A DNA stretch of 64,000 nucleotides from Polyangiales bacterium (GTDB lineage: Bacteria > Myxococcota_A > Polyangia > Polyangiales > Ga0077539): NCBI GenBank assembly GCA_044229975.1, contig JBGARZ010000013.1:1-64000 (forward strand), in the 5' to 3' direction. The notes under the pieces are model-generated. The model saw nothing but the letters and a program-made list of their open reading frames with translations. It made no database searches and was not told where the DNA came from. Within the stretch, counting starts at the first letter, position 1, and every line of letters begins with the position of its first letter. This document shows, one piece after another, positions 19,875 through 31,026 of this stretch. The position numbers and the translations under genes are program-made.

Positions 19875-20588
19875 GTGCAGACCACGGTCGAACAGTCTGG
19901 CGGGGCCAACGAAGTCCCCATGGTGCACGGGATGCCGCTGGCGAGTCCGTCCATCGGCGACATCGACGCGACGCACCGCTTCGTGCAGCCGCGGATGTTT
20001 CGCAGCGAGTTTCCGGAGTTCTTCTCGAAGGTGCACCCGGCGGTGCCGGCGGTGATGTACCTGCCGGTGGTGGCCTTCTTCGCCTGGCAGAGCTTCGCGA
20101 CGGCGGGCGTGTTGCGCGCGCTCGTGACGCTCTTCGTGGGCTTCATGGTGTGGACGCTGGCGGAGTACCTGCTGCACCGCTTCTACTTCCATCTCGCGCC
20201 CACCACGCCGCTGCGGAAGTGGCTCTACTTCTACTCGCACGGCATCCACCACCAGTACCCCGACGACTTCTACCGCCTCGTGATGCCGCCGCTGCTCAGC
20301 GCGGTGCCCGCGGCGCTCTTCTACCTGGCCTTTCGCGCGACGCTGCCCGCGACCTGGGTGCCGGGGCTCTTCGCGGGCTTCGCGCTGGGATACCTCTATT
20401 ACGACTACGCCCACTTCGCGACGCACCACGTGAAGCCGCCGCGCGCCGCGTGGCTCCGCCCCATCGCGGACATCATGAAGGAGCAGCGGCGCCGTCACAT
20501 GAAGCACCACTTCCAGGACCACACCAAGGGCTTCAACGTGTCGATGCCGTTGTGGGACCACGTGTTCGGCACGCACGAAGGTCGCTGA
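19875..20588 (+). CDS. Fatty-acid hydroxylase / sterol-desaturase family protein (FA2H-like)
   Basis: EYLLHRFYFH, HGIHHQYP..RLVMPP, HFATHH, HMKHH, WDHVFGT; start may be 19920. Confidence 0.92.
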   Translation: MQTTVEQSGGANEVPMVHGMPLASPSIGDIDATHRFVQPRMFRSEFPEFFSKVHPAVPAVMYLPVVAFFAWQSFATAGVLRALVTLFVGFMVWTLAEYLLHRFYFHLAPTTPLRKWLYFYSHGIHHQYPDDFYRLVMPPLLSAVPAALFYLAFRATLPATWVPGLFAGFALGYLYYDYAHFATHHVKPPRAAWLRPIADIMKEQRRRHMKHHFQDHTKGFNVSMPLWDHVFGTHEGR

Positions 20589-20678
20589 CCGACGGCGAGC
20601 CGCTCCTCTCGACGGTCGGCCGAAACGTGGACGGCCGACGCCCAACCGCTCTGCGCCTCCATCCCCACCGCCCTTCCC

Positions 20679-22187
20679 ATGACCAGGCATCCCCTCCTCG
20701 TCGCTGACACCGACTGGAAGCGCCACGCCGCGCTCTCCCCCGACGGCTACTACTCGCTCGCCACCGACGACACCGGCGGTGTCCCGGTGCGGCTCTTCCT
20801 CACTGCCGCGCTCCTCACCGAGGCCGAGCCCACGCTCTACCGGCAGATCGTCAACGCCACGCGCTTCCCTGGCGCGCGCCTCGTCGCGATCACCCCCGAC
20901 GCCCACTATGGGTACGGCGTCCCGGTCGGGTGCGTGATTCTCACCGACCGCGCCGAGGGCTCTGTCGCCATGGGCCCGGTGGGCTTCGACATCGGCTGCG
21001 GGATGATGTCGGCGCGCTCGGATGTCGACGCCGAGCGCGCCACGCCCGACCGCAAGCTCGCGTTCAACCGCGAGGTGATGGCGCGCGTGTCCATGGGCTC
21101 GGGCGGCAAGGGACTCCGGCTCGGTGAGGTGGGCGAGCGGGAGTTCGAGAACCTCATCCGCGGCGGCGCCGAATATTACGTGGACAGGTATGGCGCCCAC
21201 TTCGACCGCACCCGCGCCGAGCGCCACCGCATCCCCGTGGAGGACGGCTGGGACATCCCCTGGGGTGAAGCGGGCAGGCCCGAGCGCGGGAGAGACCAGC
21301 TCGGATCGCTCGGCGGCGGCAACCACTTCATCGAGCTCCAGCGCGAGGAGGAAGGCGGAAAGCTCTTCGTGCAGGTGCACACCGGCAGCCGCGGGTTTGG
21401 TCACGGGCTCGCGACCAACTACTTCGCGATGGCGAAGGACGAGCGGCCCGGCGAGCTCGACGACATCGACCTTGGGTACTTCACGCCATCGTCGAAGCAC
21501 TACCGCGGGTACCTCAACGCCGTCGCGGCGGGCGGCAACTACGCGATCCTCAACCGGCTGGTCATCTTCGAGCAGATCGCCGACGCCTTTCGCAAGGTGT
21601 TCAAGGCCGACCTGGAGCTCGTCTACGAGATCTCGCACAACCTCGTGCAGGCGGAGACGCACCCCGAGTTCGGCGACGTGTGGGCGCATCGGAAGGGCGC
21701 GACGCGGGCGTTTCCGGCGGGTCATCCCGCGCTCGCCGACACGATCTGGAAGGACACCGGCCACCCGGTGCTCATCCCCGGGAGCAACCGGGATTACAGC
21801 TACATCCTGCGGCCCTGCGCTGGGGCGGCGAAGAGCGGGTACTCGGTCAACCACGGCGCGGGTCGGCGGCTCTCGCGCGGCGAGGCGACGCGGCAGCTCG
21901 ACCAGCACAAGGTCAACGAGCAGTACCGCCGCGACGGCATCCTGGTGAACCTCGACGGGGAGGTTCCGTTGGATGAATCGTCGGCCTGCTACAAGCGCTG
22001 CGAGGAGGTCGTCGACGCCGTGGTGGCAGCGGGGCTCGCGCGGGTCGAGCACACCCTCTGGCCGCTGGCCTCGCTCAAGGGGACCGAGGAAGGCAACGTC
22101 GGGGCGGCGAAGCGAAAGCGCCAGGACAAGGAGCGCACGCGCGACGAAGACCGCCGTTCCGCGCGACGCACCAAGGGGCACTATTGA
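20679..22187 (+). CDS. rtcB: RtcB-family RNA ligase
   Basis: PDAHYGYGVPVG, GFDIGCG, GSLGGGNHFIE, HTGSRG, HRKGA, HGAGR. Confidence 0.95.
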   Translation: MTRHPLLVADTDWKRHAALSPDGYYSLATDDTGGVPVRLFLTAALLTEAEPTLYRQIVNATRFPGARLVAITPDAHYGYGVPVGCVILTDRAEGSVAMGPVGFDIGCGMMSARSDVDAERATPDRKLAFNREVMARVSMGSGGKGLRLGEVGEREFENLIRGGAEYYVDRYGAHFDRTRAERHRIPVEDGWDIPWGEAGRPERGRDQLGSLGGGNHFIELQREEEGGKLFVQVHTGSRGFGHGLATNYFAMAKDERPGELDDIDLGYFTPSSKHYRGYLNAVAAGGNYAILNRLVIFEQIADAFRKVFKADLELVYEISHNLVQAETHPEFGDVWAHRKGATRAFPAGHPALADTIWKDTGHPVLIPGSNRDYSYILRPCAGAAKSGYSVNHGAGRRLSRGEATRQLDQHKVNEQYRRDGILVNLDGEVPLDESSACYKRCEEVVDAVVAAGLARVEHTLWPLASLKGTEEGNVGAAKRKRQDKERTRDEDRRSARRTKGHY

Positions 22188-22204
22188 GCGGGGTCGCGCC
22201 GCGG

Positions 22205-22443
22205 CTGCGGGCCGGAGTTCGCGGGGGCCCATCACAAGTGCGTGCAGTCGCTCACTCCGGGCTATTTCACGTGGTCACCTCGCTCCGCGAGGTTGCAGGG
22301 AGTCACAACCGTCCACGGATGGCCGGTGAGCTGCTCCTCGAAACCAGTGCTGCAACCTCGCGGAGCGAGGTGACCACGTGAAATAGACCGGAGTGAGCGA
22401 CTGCACGCACTCGTGATGGGGCCCCGCGAACTCCGGCCCACAG
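22205..22443. repeat. Long inverted-repeat element, subfamily B
   Basis: ~94-bp near-perfect arms (22205-22298 and 22350-22443); shares GCCGGAGTTCGCG and GTGCAGTCGCTCACTCCGGGCTATTTCA with 15162-15409. Confidence 0.93.
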
Positions 22444-22515
22444 GCGCAGCATCCCTCTGCAGCGGGATGCGACTGATGGTTCATCGAGGCGCGGCGCTCG
22501 TGTAGGTTGGCGCGC

Positions 22516-23624
<1,109 letters not shown>

Positions 23625-23625
<1 letters not shown>

Positions 23626-24479
23626 TGAGCGCCGCGGTGACGGTGCGCAGCGAGCACCGGAGCTTCGGCGGGGTGCAGGGCTTCTACGAGCACGCGAGCG
23701 CCGCGGTGGGCGGTCCGATGCGCATCGGGGTGTACCTGCCGCCGAAGGCGCTGAAGGGCGAGCGCGTGGCGGCGGTGTACTTCCTCGCGGGGCTCACATG
23801 CACCGAGGAGACCTTCGCGATGAAGGCGGGCGCGCAGCGGGCGGCGGCCGAGCTTGGGCTCGCGCTGGTGACCTGCGACACGAGCCCGCGACACGCGCGT
23901 GTGCCGGGTGATGATGCGTCGTGGGACTTCGGGCAGGGCGCGGGCTTCTACGTCGACGCGACCGAGGCGCCGTGGTCGGGCGCGTACAACATGTACAGCT
24001 ACGTGACGAGCGAGCTGCGCGCGCTGGTGGAGGCGGAGTTTCCCATCGACACCGAGCGGCGCGGCATCATGGGGCACTCCATGGGAGGCCATGGCGCGCT
24101 GGTGATCGCGCTGCGCGAGGCGGGTGAGTACGGCAGCGTGTCGGCGCTGGCGCCCATCGTGGCGCCGACGGCGGTTCCGTGGGGTCAGAAGGCCTTTGCG
24201 GGGTACCTCGGGGGCGACCGCGAGACGTGGAAGGCGTACGACGCGACGGAGCTGCTGAAGGGCGGCGCGCGGTTCGCGGGCGAGCTGCTGGTCGACCAGG
24301 GGACGGCGGACAAGTTCCTGGAGCGGGAGCTGCAACCCGAGAGACTCCACGCGGCGTGCATGGACGCGGGGCAGGCGCTGTCGCTGCGGATGCGCGACGG
24401 GCACGACCACAGCTACTACTTCATCGCGACGTTCATCGAGGAGCACCTGCGGCACCACGCGAAGGCGCTGGTGGGGTGA
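23625..24479 (+). CDS. fghA: S-formylglutathione hydrolase
   Basis: GLTC, DTSPR, GAGFYVDAT, GHSMGGHGAL, DHSYYF; TGATG coupling to frmA. Confidence 0.96.
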
Positions 24480-24569
24480 CGAGCGTCGCTTCGTCGCTCT
24501 CTGTTCGCCAACGCCTCCCCATGCGGCCCTACCCGGAGGGACGCGACCGCCCGAGCCCGTAGCTACGCC

Positions 24570-26144
24570 CTACGGTGGCACCTCGCGCATCGCCGCGAAG
24601 AACCCCGACACCACTGCCGGATCGTCGCTGAGCAGCACATACCGGTGCCCCGCGCTCACCCGATCGGGCGCCCGGTGGATGGGGTAGTACCCCAAGCCGT
24701 CGCGCAGCAGCGCCACGCGTCGCTGGCGCAGGTACTCCATCGTCGCGAGGTGCTGATGACCCGCCCGCCGATCGGCCGCGCGCGGCGTGCGCGCCACGAC
24801 GGCGTCGGTGAGCCCGAGCGTATCGATGATGGGCAACCCCGCGGCGTAGCCGAAGGCGCCCACGGAGTCGGTGGCGATCACCGTCCCCGGCGGCAGGTGC
24901 CGACCGAGCGCCGCGCCCTCGCGCTGCCACTGCTCGAACATCGGCTCCCAGGAGCGCTCATCGGAGAGCCCGTTGACGATGCTTCCCGCCGGGAGGCGAC
25001 CGAGGTTGGCGCCGCTCACGAAGACCACGGCACCGAAGGCGCTCCACACGAGCTCACGCGGCAACGGCAGCGTTCGCAGCGACGCCTCCACCAGCAGGAG
25101 GTACATGGGCAGCACCGTCACGAGGAAGCGCCCCTCCATGAAGTCACCGCCGACGCGCATCACGTAGAGCGTGTGCACCACGACGTACGCGGTGAGCGCG
25201 GCGACCCGCGCCGTCGGCCTCTCGCGGCGGACGAGACCGACCACCGCGCGCGCGACGAGCACCAGCGCCATCGGCGCGAGGAAGTAGCGCCCCGCGAACT
25301 GCGCGACGTACGCGTAGCCCTGCGACCACGCCGCGACGTCGCCCGACTTCGCGTAGAAGGTGTTGGGCAGCGGCAGCCCGTAGTACCGCCAGCGCAGCGC
25401 GAAGTACGGCACGTAGAGCAGCACCAGGGGCGCGACGAAGGCACCGAGCACCGCGGCACGGCGCGACCGATGCGAAGCGTCGAGCGCGAGCGCCACGCCC
25501 AGCACCCCGAGCGCGAGCGCGGCGTCGGGGCGGGTCATCACGGCGAGCACCGTGAGCAGCCCCGCGAGGGCCGCCGACCGGAGCGGATCGGACTCACCCG
25601 GCGAACGATCGAGTGGCGCGACAGCGAAGGCCGCGGCGAGCAGCGCGCCGAGGAGCGAGCCCTCCAGCCCGCTCGTGGCGAAGGCCGCGTAGCTGTAGTT
25701 CACCCCCGCGGCGAGCAGCGCGACGGGCACCACCGCGTCGCGCGGAACGACCCGTCGCCACACCGCGCCGAGCGCCACCATCGCCGCCGCCGTGCTCGCG
25801 AGCCCGAGCGCGATGACCAGCGCACGCGGCGGAGCACCCACGAAGAGCCCCACCGCCAGGAGCACCGTCCACAGGAAGTTGGTGTAGCCCTCGACGCGCT
25901 CGCCGACGTTGAAGACCAGGCCGTGCCCCGCGACGAGGTGACGGGCGTAGCGCAGCGAGATCCACGCGTCCTCGGCGACCCAGCGGAGCGACCACGCGTG
26001 GAGAATCGTAACCGCGGACACCGCCAGCACCCCCCACTGCGCGGGCCCATCGACGCCCCGCGCAGGGGTCGGCGGCGCCGTGTCGGTGGGGGCGGGGCGC
26101 TTCGTTCCGCGCACGCGCCTGCGTGCCCCTTGCTTCTCGCTCAC
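24570..26144 (-). CDS. Multi-pass GT-C-type membrane glycosyltransferase (AftB-like)
   Basis: [51 protein letters not shown]. Confidence 0.85.
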   Translation of the reverse strand: MSEKQGARRRVRGTKRPAPTDTAPPTPARGVDGPAQWGVLAVSAVTILHAWSLRWVAEDAWISLRYARHLVAGHGLVFNVGERVEGYTNFLWTVLLAVGLFVGAPPRALVIALGLASTAAAMVALGAVWRRVVPRDAVVPVALLAAGVNYSYAAFATSGLEGSLLGALLAAAFAVAPLDRSPGESDPLRSAALAGLLTVLAVMTRPDAALALGVLGVALALDASHRSRRAAVLGAFVAPLVLLYVPYFALRWRYYGLPLPNTFYAKSGDVAAWSQGYAYVAQFAGRYFLAPMALVLVARAVVGLVRRERPTARVAALTAYVVVHTLYVMRVGGDFMEGRFLVTVLPMYLLLVEASLRTLPLPRELVWSAFGAVVFVSGANLGRLPAGSIVNGLSDERSWEPMFEQWQREGAALGRHLPPGTVIATDSVGAFGYAAGLPIIDTLGLTDAVVARTPRAADRRAGHQHLATMEYLRQRRVALLRDGLGYYPIHRAPDRVSAGHRYVLLSDDPAVVSGFFAAMREVPP

Positions 26145-26212
26145 GCCGCCGACTCTCGCACGGCAGCGCGCGGGTTCACATCCCGATGCGCCGTAGTACA
26201 AGGGCCACCACC

Positions 26213-27256
26213 ATGAGCGTTCGATTGACGAAGATCGCCAGGCGCGCGGGCTGCGCGGCCAAGCAGCCGCCGGGCTACCTCCTGCCCCTCCTCCGCGGCC
26301 TTCCCCCCATCACCAACCCCGACGTGCTCGTCGGATCGTCCACCGCCGACGACGCCGCCGTCTACCGCCTCGACGACACCCGCGCGCTGGTGCTCACCAC
26401 CGACTTCTTCACGCCGGTGGTCGATGATCCCTACGAGTTCGGCGCCGTGGCCGCGGCCAACGCGCTCTCGGACGTGTACGCCATGGGCGGTCGGCCGATC
26501 ACCGCGCTCAACATCGTCGGGTTCCCCGACCAGCTCCTCGACGTGGCGGTGCTCGGGGAGATTCTCCGCGGCGGCGCCGACAAGGCGCGCGAGGCCGGCA
26601 TCGACATCGTCGGGGGCCATACCATCAAGAGCGACGAGCCCATCTACGGGCTCGCGGTGACGGGCATGGTCGACCCGCGGCGCGTCGTCTCCAACGCGGG
26701 AGGCAAGCCCGGCGACGTGCTGGTGCTCACCAAGCCCATCGGCCTCGGCATCGTCACCACCGCGGCCAAGAACGACGACGACGACGAGGGCGCCATCCGC
26801 GAGGCCGTTCGGCTGATGACGACGCTCAACGCGGGCGCGTGCGAGGCCATGCTGGCGATGGGCGAGGCCGTTCATGCATGCACCGACGTGACGGGCTTCG
26901 GGCTGCTCGGACACCTCCGCAACGTGGCCGCGGCGAGCGGGTGCTCGGCCGTCGTGCGGGCGGGCGATGTTCCGGTGCTGGAGGCGGCGCGGCGCTACGT
27001 GGCGCGTGGCGTGGCGCCGGGCGGGACGCACGCCAACTGGCGCTTCCTCGCCGACTGGGTGACGTGGTCGGCGGAGACGACGAAGGAGGCGCAGTTGCTA
27101 CTGTGCGACGCACAGACCTCCGGCGGATTGCTCATCGCGATCGCACCCGAGCGGGTGGACGATCTGCTCACGGAGCTGCGACGGGTGAGCACACCGTGCG
27201 CGACGGTGGTGGGTGCGCTGGAGGCGGGCACCGCGGGTCGGATGCGGGTCGTCTGA
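26213..27256 (+). CDS. selD: Selenide, water dikinase (Cys-type)
   Basis: [57 protein letters not shown]. Confidence 0.97.
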   Translation: MSVRLTKIARRAGCAAKQPPGYLLPLLRGLPPITNPDVLVGSSTADDAAVYRLDDTRALVLTTDFFTPVVDDPYEFGAVAAANALSDVYAMGGRPITALNIVGFPDQLLDVAVLGEILRGGADKAREAGIDIVGGHTIKSDEPIYGLAVTGMVDPRRVVSNAGGKPGDVLVLTKPIGLGIVTTAAKNDDDDEGAIREAVRLMTTLNAGACEAMLAMGEAVHACTDVTGFGLLGHLRNVAAASGCSAVVRAGDVPVLEAARRYVARGVAPGGTHANWRFLADWVTWSAETTKEAQLLLCDAQTSGGLLIAIAPERVDDLLTELRRVSTPCATVVGALEAGTAGRMRVV

Positions 27257-27259
27257 CGA

Positions 27260-27855
27260 TCAGCTATCGCCCGGGCGCCACTGGACGTGCGGAGTCCGGT
27301 CCCCTTCGACCCACGGGCGACAGCGTGACGTCCCCTCGAAGGCTCCGTTGGCGCCCGCGGTCAGCCACCCGAAGCCGTCGTCCTCCCTGCCGATGGTGAG
27401 CGCGCGGATGCACGCCCCGCGACGACCGAGGCATGCTGGGATGCCTCCGACACGAGCACTCCACCGCGCGACATACCTTCGAGAGAGAGGCCTTCGTCGT
27501 ACTCGCGGGTCCGCGGGTTCCAGGCCGACAGGGGCATTCCCCGTCGCGTGGCGTTGGTGATGCCCGAGAACAGCCCGCGCTCGTCGCGCCCCTCCCACTG
27601 CACGCGGAGATTGGGAACACCCGCGGGCTCCCGCCAGACCCGCGCCATGCTCCATCCCCACGCGCCGTGGAGGTCGAGCGGATGGAGTTGCGACTGCCGG
27701 TGCGATCCCATGGACGGACCCGCGACTCCGAGCGCCTGGATTCGCCGCGCCTGGTCGCCGTCCCAGGTGACCGCGATCGAGCCGCCCGTCGTCTCCACGG
27801 CGACGCTCTCGCGGTTCCATGTCACGCCCCACGCGACGTCACGATCGAGTTCCAT
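27260..27855 (-). other. Possible hypothetical ORF or degenerate gene
   Basis: ORF from 27855 reads protein-like, but codon usage is atypical and no motif was recognised; possible frameshift. Confidence 0.25.
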
Positions 27856-27893
27856 GATCGACCGCCTCGCGCGGTAACATCCCCGTCCCCCCA

Positions 27894-28340
27894 ATGACCG
27901 CCCCGGGCCCCCGTCACGTCGCCCTCGCCGCGCACGCCTCGCTGCTCGTCGTCGCGGTCACCTTCATCGGCCTCCTCGGCGGAACGCACCCCTCCGACCA
28001 CGACCGCGACCGCACGCTCATCATCGCCGCCGTCCTCTTCGCGCTCCTCAACCTCCCGACCGTCATGGCCATCGCGCGCCGCAAGCTCCCTCCCCTCGGC
28101 GCGACGCTCGGCCTCCTCGCGCGCATCGCCGTCGCCGTGCTCTCGTTGCGCTTCGTCCACGGCGTCTCCCACGAGCAGCGGCACGACGCGTGGCGAGCCT
28201 GCCGCGCCCGCATCCGTCTCGGCGGCCCGCAGCCCTGCGCGTTGCTTCACCTGTGCGCCAACGAGGCGCCGCTCTCGCCCGCCGAGCGCGCGCTTCTCCT
28301 GCGCCGCATCCGCGCCACGCCCGGCTGCGCCGACCCCTGA
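27894..28340 (+). CDS. Hypothetical membrane protein
   Basis: Three hydrophobic segments; high GC at third codon positions. Confidence 0.65.
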   Translation: MTAPGPRHVALAAHASLLVVAVTFIGLLGGTHPSDHDRDRTLIIAAVLFALLNLPTVMAIARRKLPPLGATLGLLARIAVAVLSLRFVHGVSHEQRHDAWRACRARIRLGGPQPCALLHLCANEAPLSPAERALLLRRIRATPGCADP

Positions 28341-28443
28341 CGGCTTTCCCGCATTGGTGATCGACACGGTGCATCCTACCGATGAACACTCTCGCGATCG
28401 CGTCGCCCCGGGCGGTGCGAGGAAGGCATCGGGTGCCCATCTC

Positions 28444-30024
28444 ATGTGGACCAGCGCATCTCGTGACGACACCTGGCGCGACCTCCGCGCCGAGCCCTGG
28501 GACCTCCTGGTCATCGGCGGCGGCATCACCGGCGCAGGCATCGCCGCCGAGGCCGCGCGCTACGGCAAGCGGGCCCTGCTCGTCGAGGCGCAGGACTTCG
28601 CGTCGGGCACCTCCAGCCGCTCGACCAAGCTGGTGCACGGCGGTCTGCGCTACCTGCGTCAGGGGCAGTTTCTGGTCACCCGCAAATCGGTGCGCGAGCG
28701 CGAGCGCCTGATGAACGAAGCCCCCGGTCTCGTCGACCGCCTGGGCTTCTCGCTCGCCGCGTACCCCGGCGACCAGATGCCCCAGTGGATGTACGGCGTG
28801 GGCCTCGCCATGTACGACGCGCTCGCGGGCAAGTGGGCCCACCGCGGACAGACCGCCGAGGCCATCGTCGAGCGCATCCCCTCGCTGCGAAGCTCCGCCG
28901 TCGAAGGCGGCTACCACTACTTCGACGCGCAGACCGACGACGCGCGCCTCGTGTTGCGCGTGCTGCGGGAGGCCGTTCGGCGTGGGGCGACTGCGCTCAA
29001 CTACGTGCGCGCCGACAGCCTGCTGCGCACCAGGGACGGCCGCGTACGAGGCGCCGTGCTGCGCGACACTGCGCCGGGTGCGTCGCGCACCGTCGAGGTC
29101 GAGGCGAAGGTGGTCATCAGCGCCACCGGCGCGTGGGCCGACGAGCTGCGCGCTGGGCTCGGTCATGCCGGGCGTTTGCGGAAGATCCGCGGCAGCCACC
29201 TGACCTTCAAGGCCGACCGTCTGCCGTTGCCCGAGGCCGTGAGCCTGTTGCATCCGCGCGACCAGCGGGCGGTGTTCGCCATCCCGTGGGAGGGCGTCAC
29301 CATCGTCGGAACCACCGACATCGACCACGGCGCCCTCGACGGCGAACCCGCCATCAGCGAGGACGAGACGGCCTATCTGTTGGAGGTCGTGGCGAAGGCC
29401 TTTCCGTCGCTCGCGCTCGGCCCTGACGATGTCATCTCGACGTGGTCGGGCGTGAGGCCGGTGATCGACACGGGCAAGGCCGACCCCTCCAAGGAGTCAC
29501 GCGAACACGCCATCTGGCGCGAGGAGGGACTGCTCACCATCACGGGCGGCAAGCTCACCACCTTCGCCGTGATGGCGCGCGAGGCGCTGGCCGCCGCAGA
29601 GGAAGAGCTCGGCGAGCTGGGCGAGCGCAGCCGCATCTTCGACGAGGCGCCCACGGACATCGCGTGGCCTGACGCGCTCGACGACGCCGCGCGGGTCCGC
29701 CTGCTCGGACGGCACGGAACGGAGATCGGCGATGTGCTCGGCGACGGCTCACTGGCGCGGCCCATCGAAGGGTCGGTTGCGCTGTGGAGCGAGCTGCGTC
29801 ACGCGGCGACCTGCGAGGCGGTGGTGACGCTGTCGGATCTGTTGCTGCGGCGCGTTCGGTTGGGGCTGTTGCTGCCGCGCGGAGGCACCGACCTCATGGG
29901 GGAGATTCGCGCGATGGCGCAACCGGCGCTGGGCTGGGACGACGCGAAGTGGGAGCGCGAAGAGAGCGCCTACCGCGCGACCTGGACGGCTGCCTATGCG
30001 GGACCGGGCGGGCTGACGACCTGA
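28444..30024 (+). CDS. glpD: FAD-dependent glycerol-3-phosphate dehydrogenase/oxidase
   Basis: VIGGGITGAG, DFASGTSSRSTKLVHGGLRYL, DDARLV, GGKLTT. Confidence 0.93.
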   Translation: MWTSASRDDTWRDLRAEPWDLLVIGGGITGAGIAAEAARYGKRALLVEAQDFASGTSSRSTKLVHGGLRYLRQGQFLVTRKSVRERERLMNEAPGLVDRLGFSLAAYPGDQMPQWMYGVGLAMYDALAGKWAHRGQTAEAIVERIPSLRSSAVEGGYHYFDAQTDDARLVLRVLREAVRRGATALNYVRADSLLRTRDGRVRGAVLRDTAPGASRTVEVEAKVVISATGAWADELRAGLGHAGRLRKIRGSHLTFKADRLPLPEAVSLLHPRDQRAVFAIPWEGVTIVGTTDIDHGALDGEPAISEDETAYLLEVVAKAFPSLALGPDDVISTWSGVRPVIDTGKADPSKESREHAIWREEGLLTITGGKLTTFAVMAREALAAAEEELGELGERSRIFDEAPTDIAWPDALDDAARVRLLGRHGTEIGDVLGDGSLARPIEGSVALWSELRHAATCEAVVTLSDLLLRRVRLGLLLPRGGTDLMGEIRAMAQPALGWDDAKWEREESAYRATWTAAYAGPGGLTT

Positions 30025-30225
30025 CGAGTGCCGTTCCACCGGACCTGAAGGGTCACCCGGTTTGAACGCTACGAGCCCATGTGATGCGGCGGCTTGCCGC
30101 ATCATGCGACAAATAATCCTGCCAACGCGCCACACCTCGCACTCAGAATACCTCGTGTTCAAGCATGAAATTCGGCACGCGACACAGAAGACGCACGGAC
30201 TACGGCATGCATACCATGGCCTCCC

Positions 30226-30984
30226 ATGGTGGATCTGTTCGGTTGGCGAGGGCCCTCGTGGCTCGTCGTGCGATCACGGCCCTGGCTCCGGGCGCTGCGA
30301 TGCGTGGGATTCGCGGCGGCGTGCGTCGTGGCGTCATTCGTCACCTCCGCGCGAAGGGCGCAGTACTGGGGTCACGCTGATGGAGCCTGGCGCGACGGCA
30401 GGCCGCTGACGCAAGCCATCGTCGCGGCGGCGCGCGTGACGACCGGCATGAGCGTGGCGGACATCGGCGCGGGCGGCGGGTACTTCACGTTTCGCATGGC
30501 CCGGGTCGTGGGCCCGCGCGGCCGCGTGGTGGCGACCGACGCCGACTGGCACATGGTCGGTCAGCTCTACCTCGAACGCTCTCGTCACGCGGCGTCCAAC
30601 GTCTTTCCGCGGTTGGTGGGCGAGGACGAGGTTGGCCTCGAGGCGGGAGGCTTTGACGTCGTGCTGATCGTCAACACCTACCAGTTCACCGAGTGCGACG
30701 AGTCGCGCAACCGACGCTACCTCCGGGACCTCGCGCGAGCATTGCGTCCCGGCGGTCGCGTCATCGTCGCGGAGGGCTTCGTCCACGCCTCCGGGTGGGT
30801 GGCGCCCGACGGGAGCGGCACCGACTGCGGCAACCTGTCGCCGGGCGAGCTCGCGCGTCAGGCGTCGCCCGAGCTCTCGGTCGCGGCGGTGGTCCCCGTC
30901 GACCACCGACGGCATCACTATGACCCGCACGAGGGGCCAGGCTTCGTCCTCAGCCTGGTACGGAGGGACGCGAGCGCACGATGA
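30226..30984 (+). CDS. Class I SAM-dependent methyltransferase
   Basis: VADIGAGGGYFT, GRVVATD, ALRPGGRV; start uncertain. Confidence 0.8.
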   Translation: MVDLFGWRGPSWLVVRSRPWLRALRCVGFAAACVVASFVTSARRAQYWGHADGAWRDGRPLTQAIVAAARVTTGMSVADIGAGGGYFTFRMARVVGPRGRVVATDADWHMVGQLYLERSRHAASNVFPRLVGEDEVGLEAGGFDVVLIVNTYQFTECDESRNRRYLRDLARALRPGGRVIVAEGFVHASGWVAPDGSGTDCGNLSPGELARQASPELSVAAVVPVDHRRHHYDPHEGPGFVLSLVRRDASAR

Positions 30985-31026
30985 CACGCCTCGCTGTGGT
31001 CGCGGCTCGTCGAAGGTAGAGGGCAG

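Noticed and set aside
26213..26300. Selenocysteine in SelD
   Set aside because: The catalytic position is TGC (Cys); no in-frame TGA
24570..27256. Selenoneine/selenosugar cluster (selD plus glycosyltransferase)
   Set aside because: The glycosyltransferase is a divergent membrane GT-C type, not SenB-like, and no SenA/EgtB homolog is present
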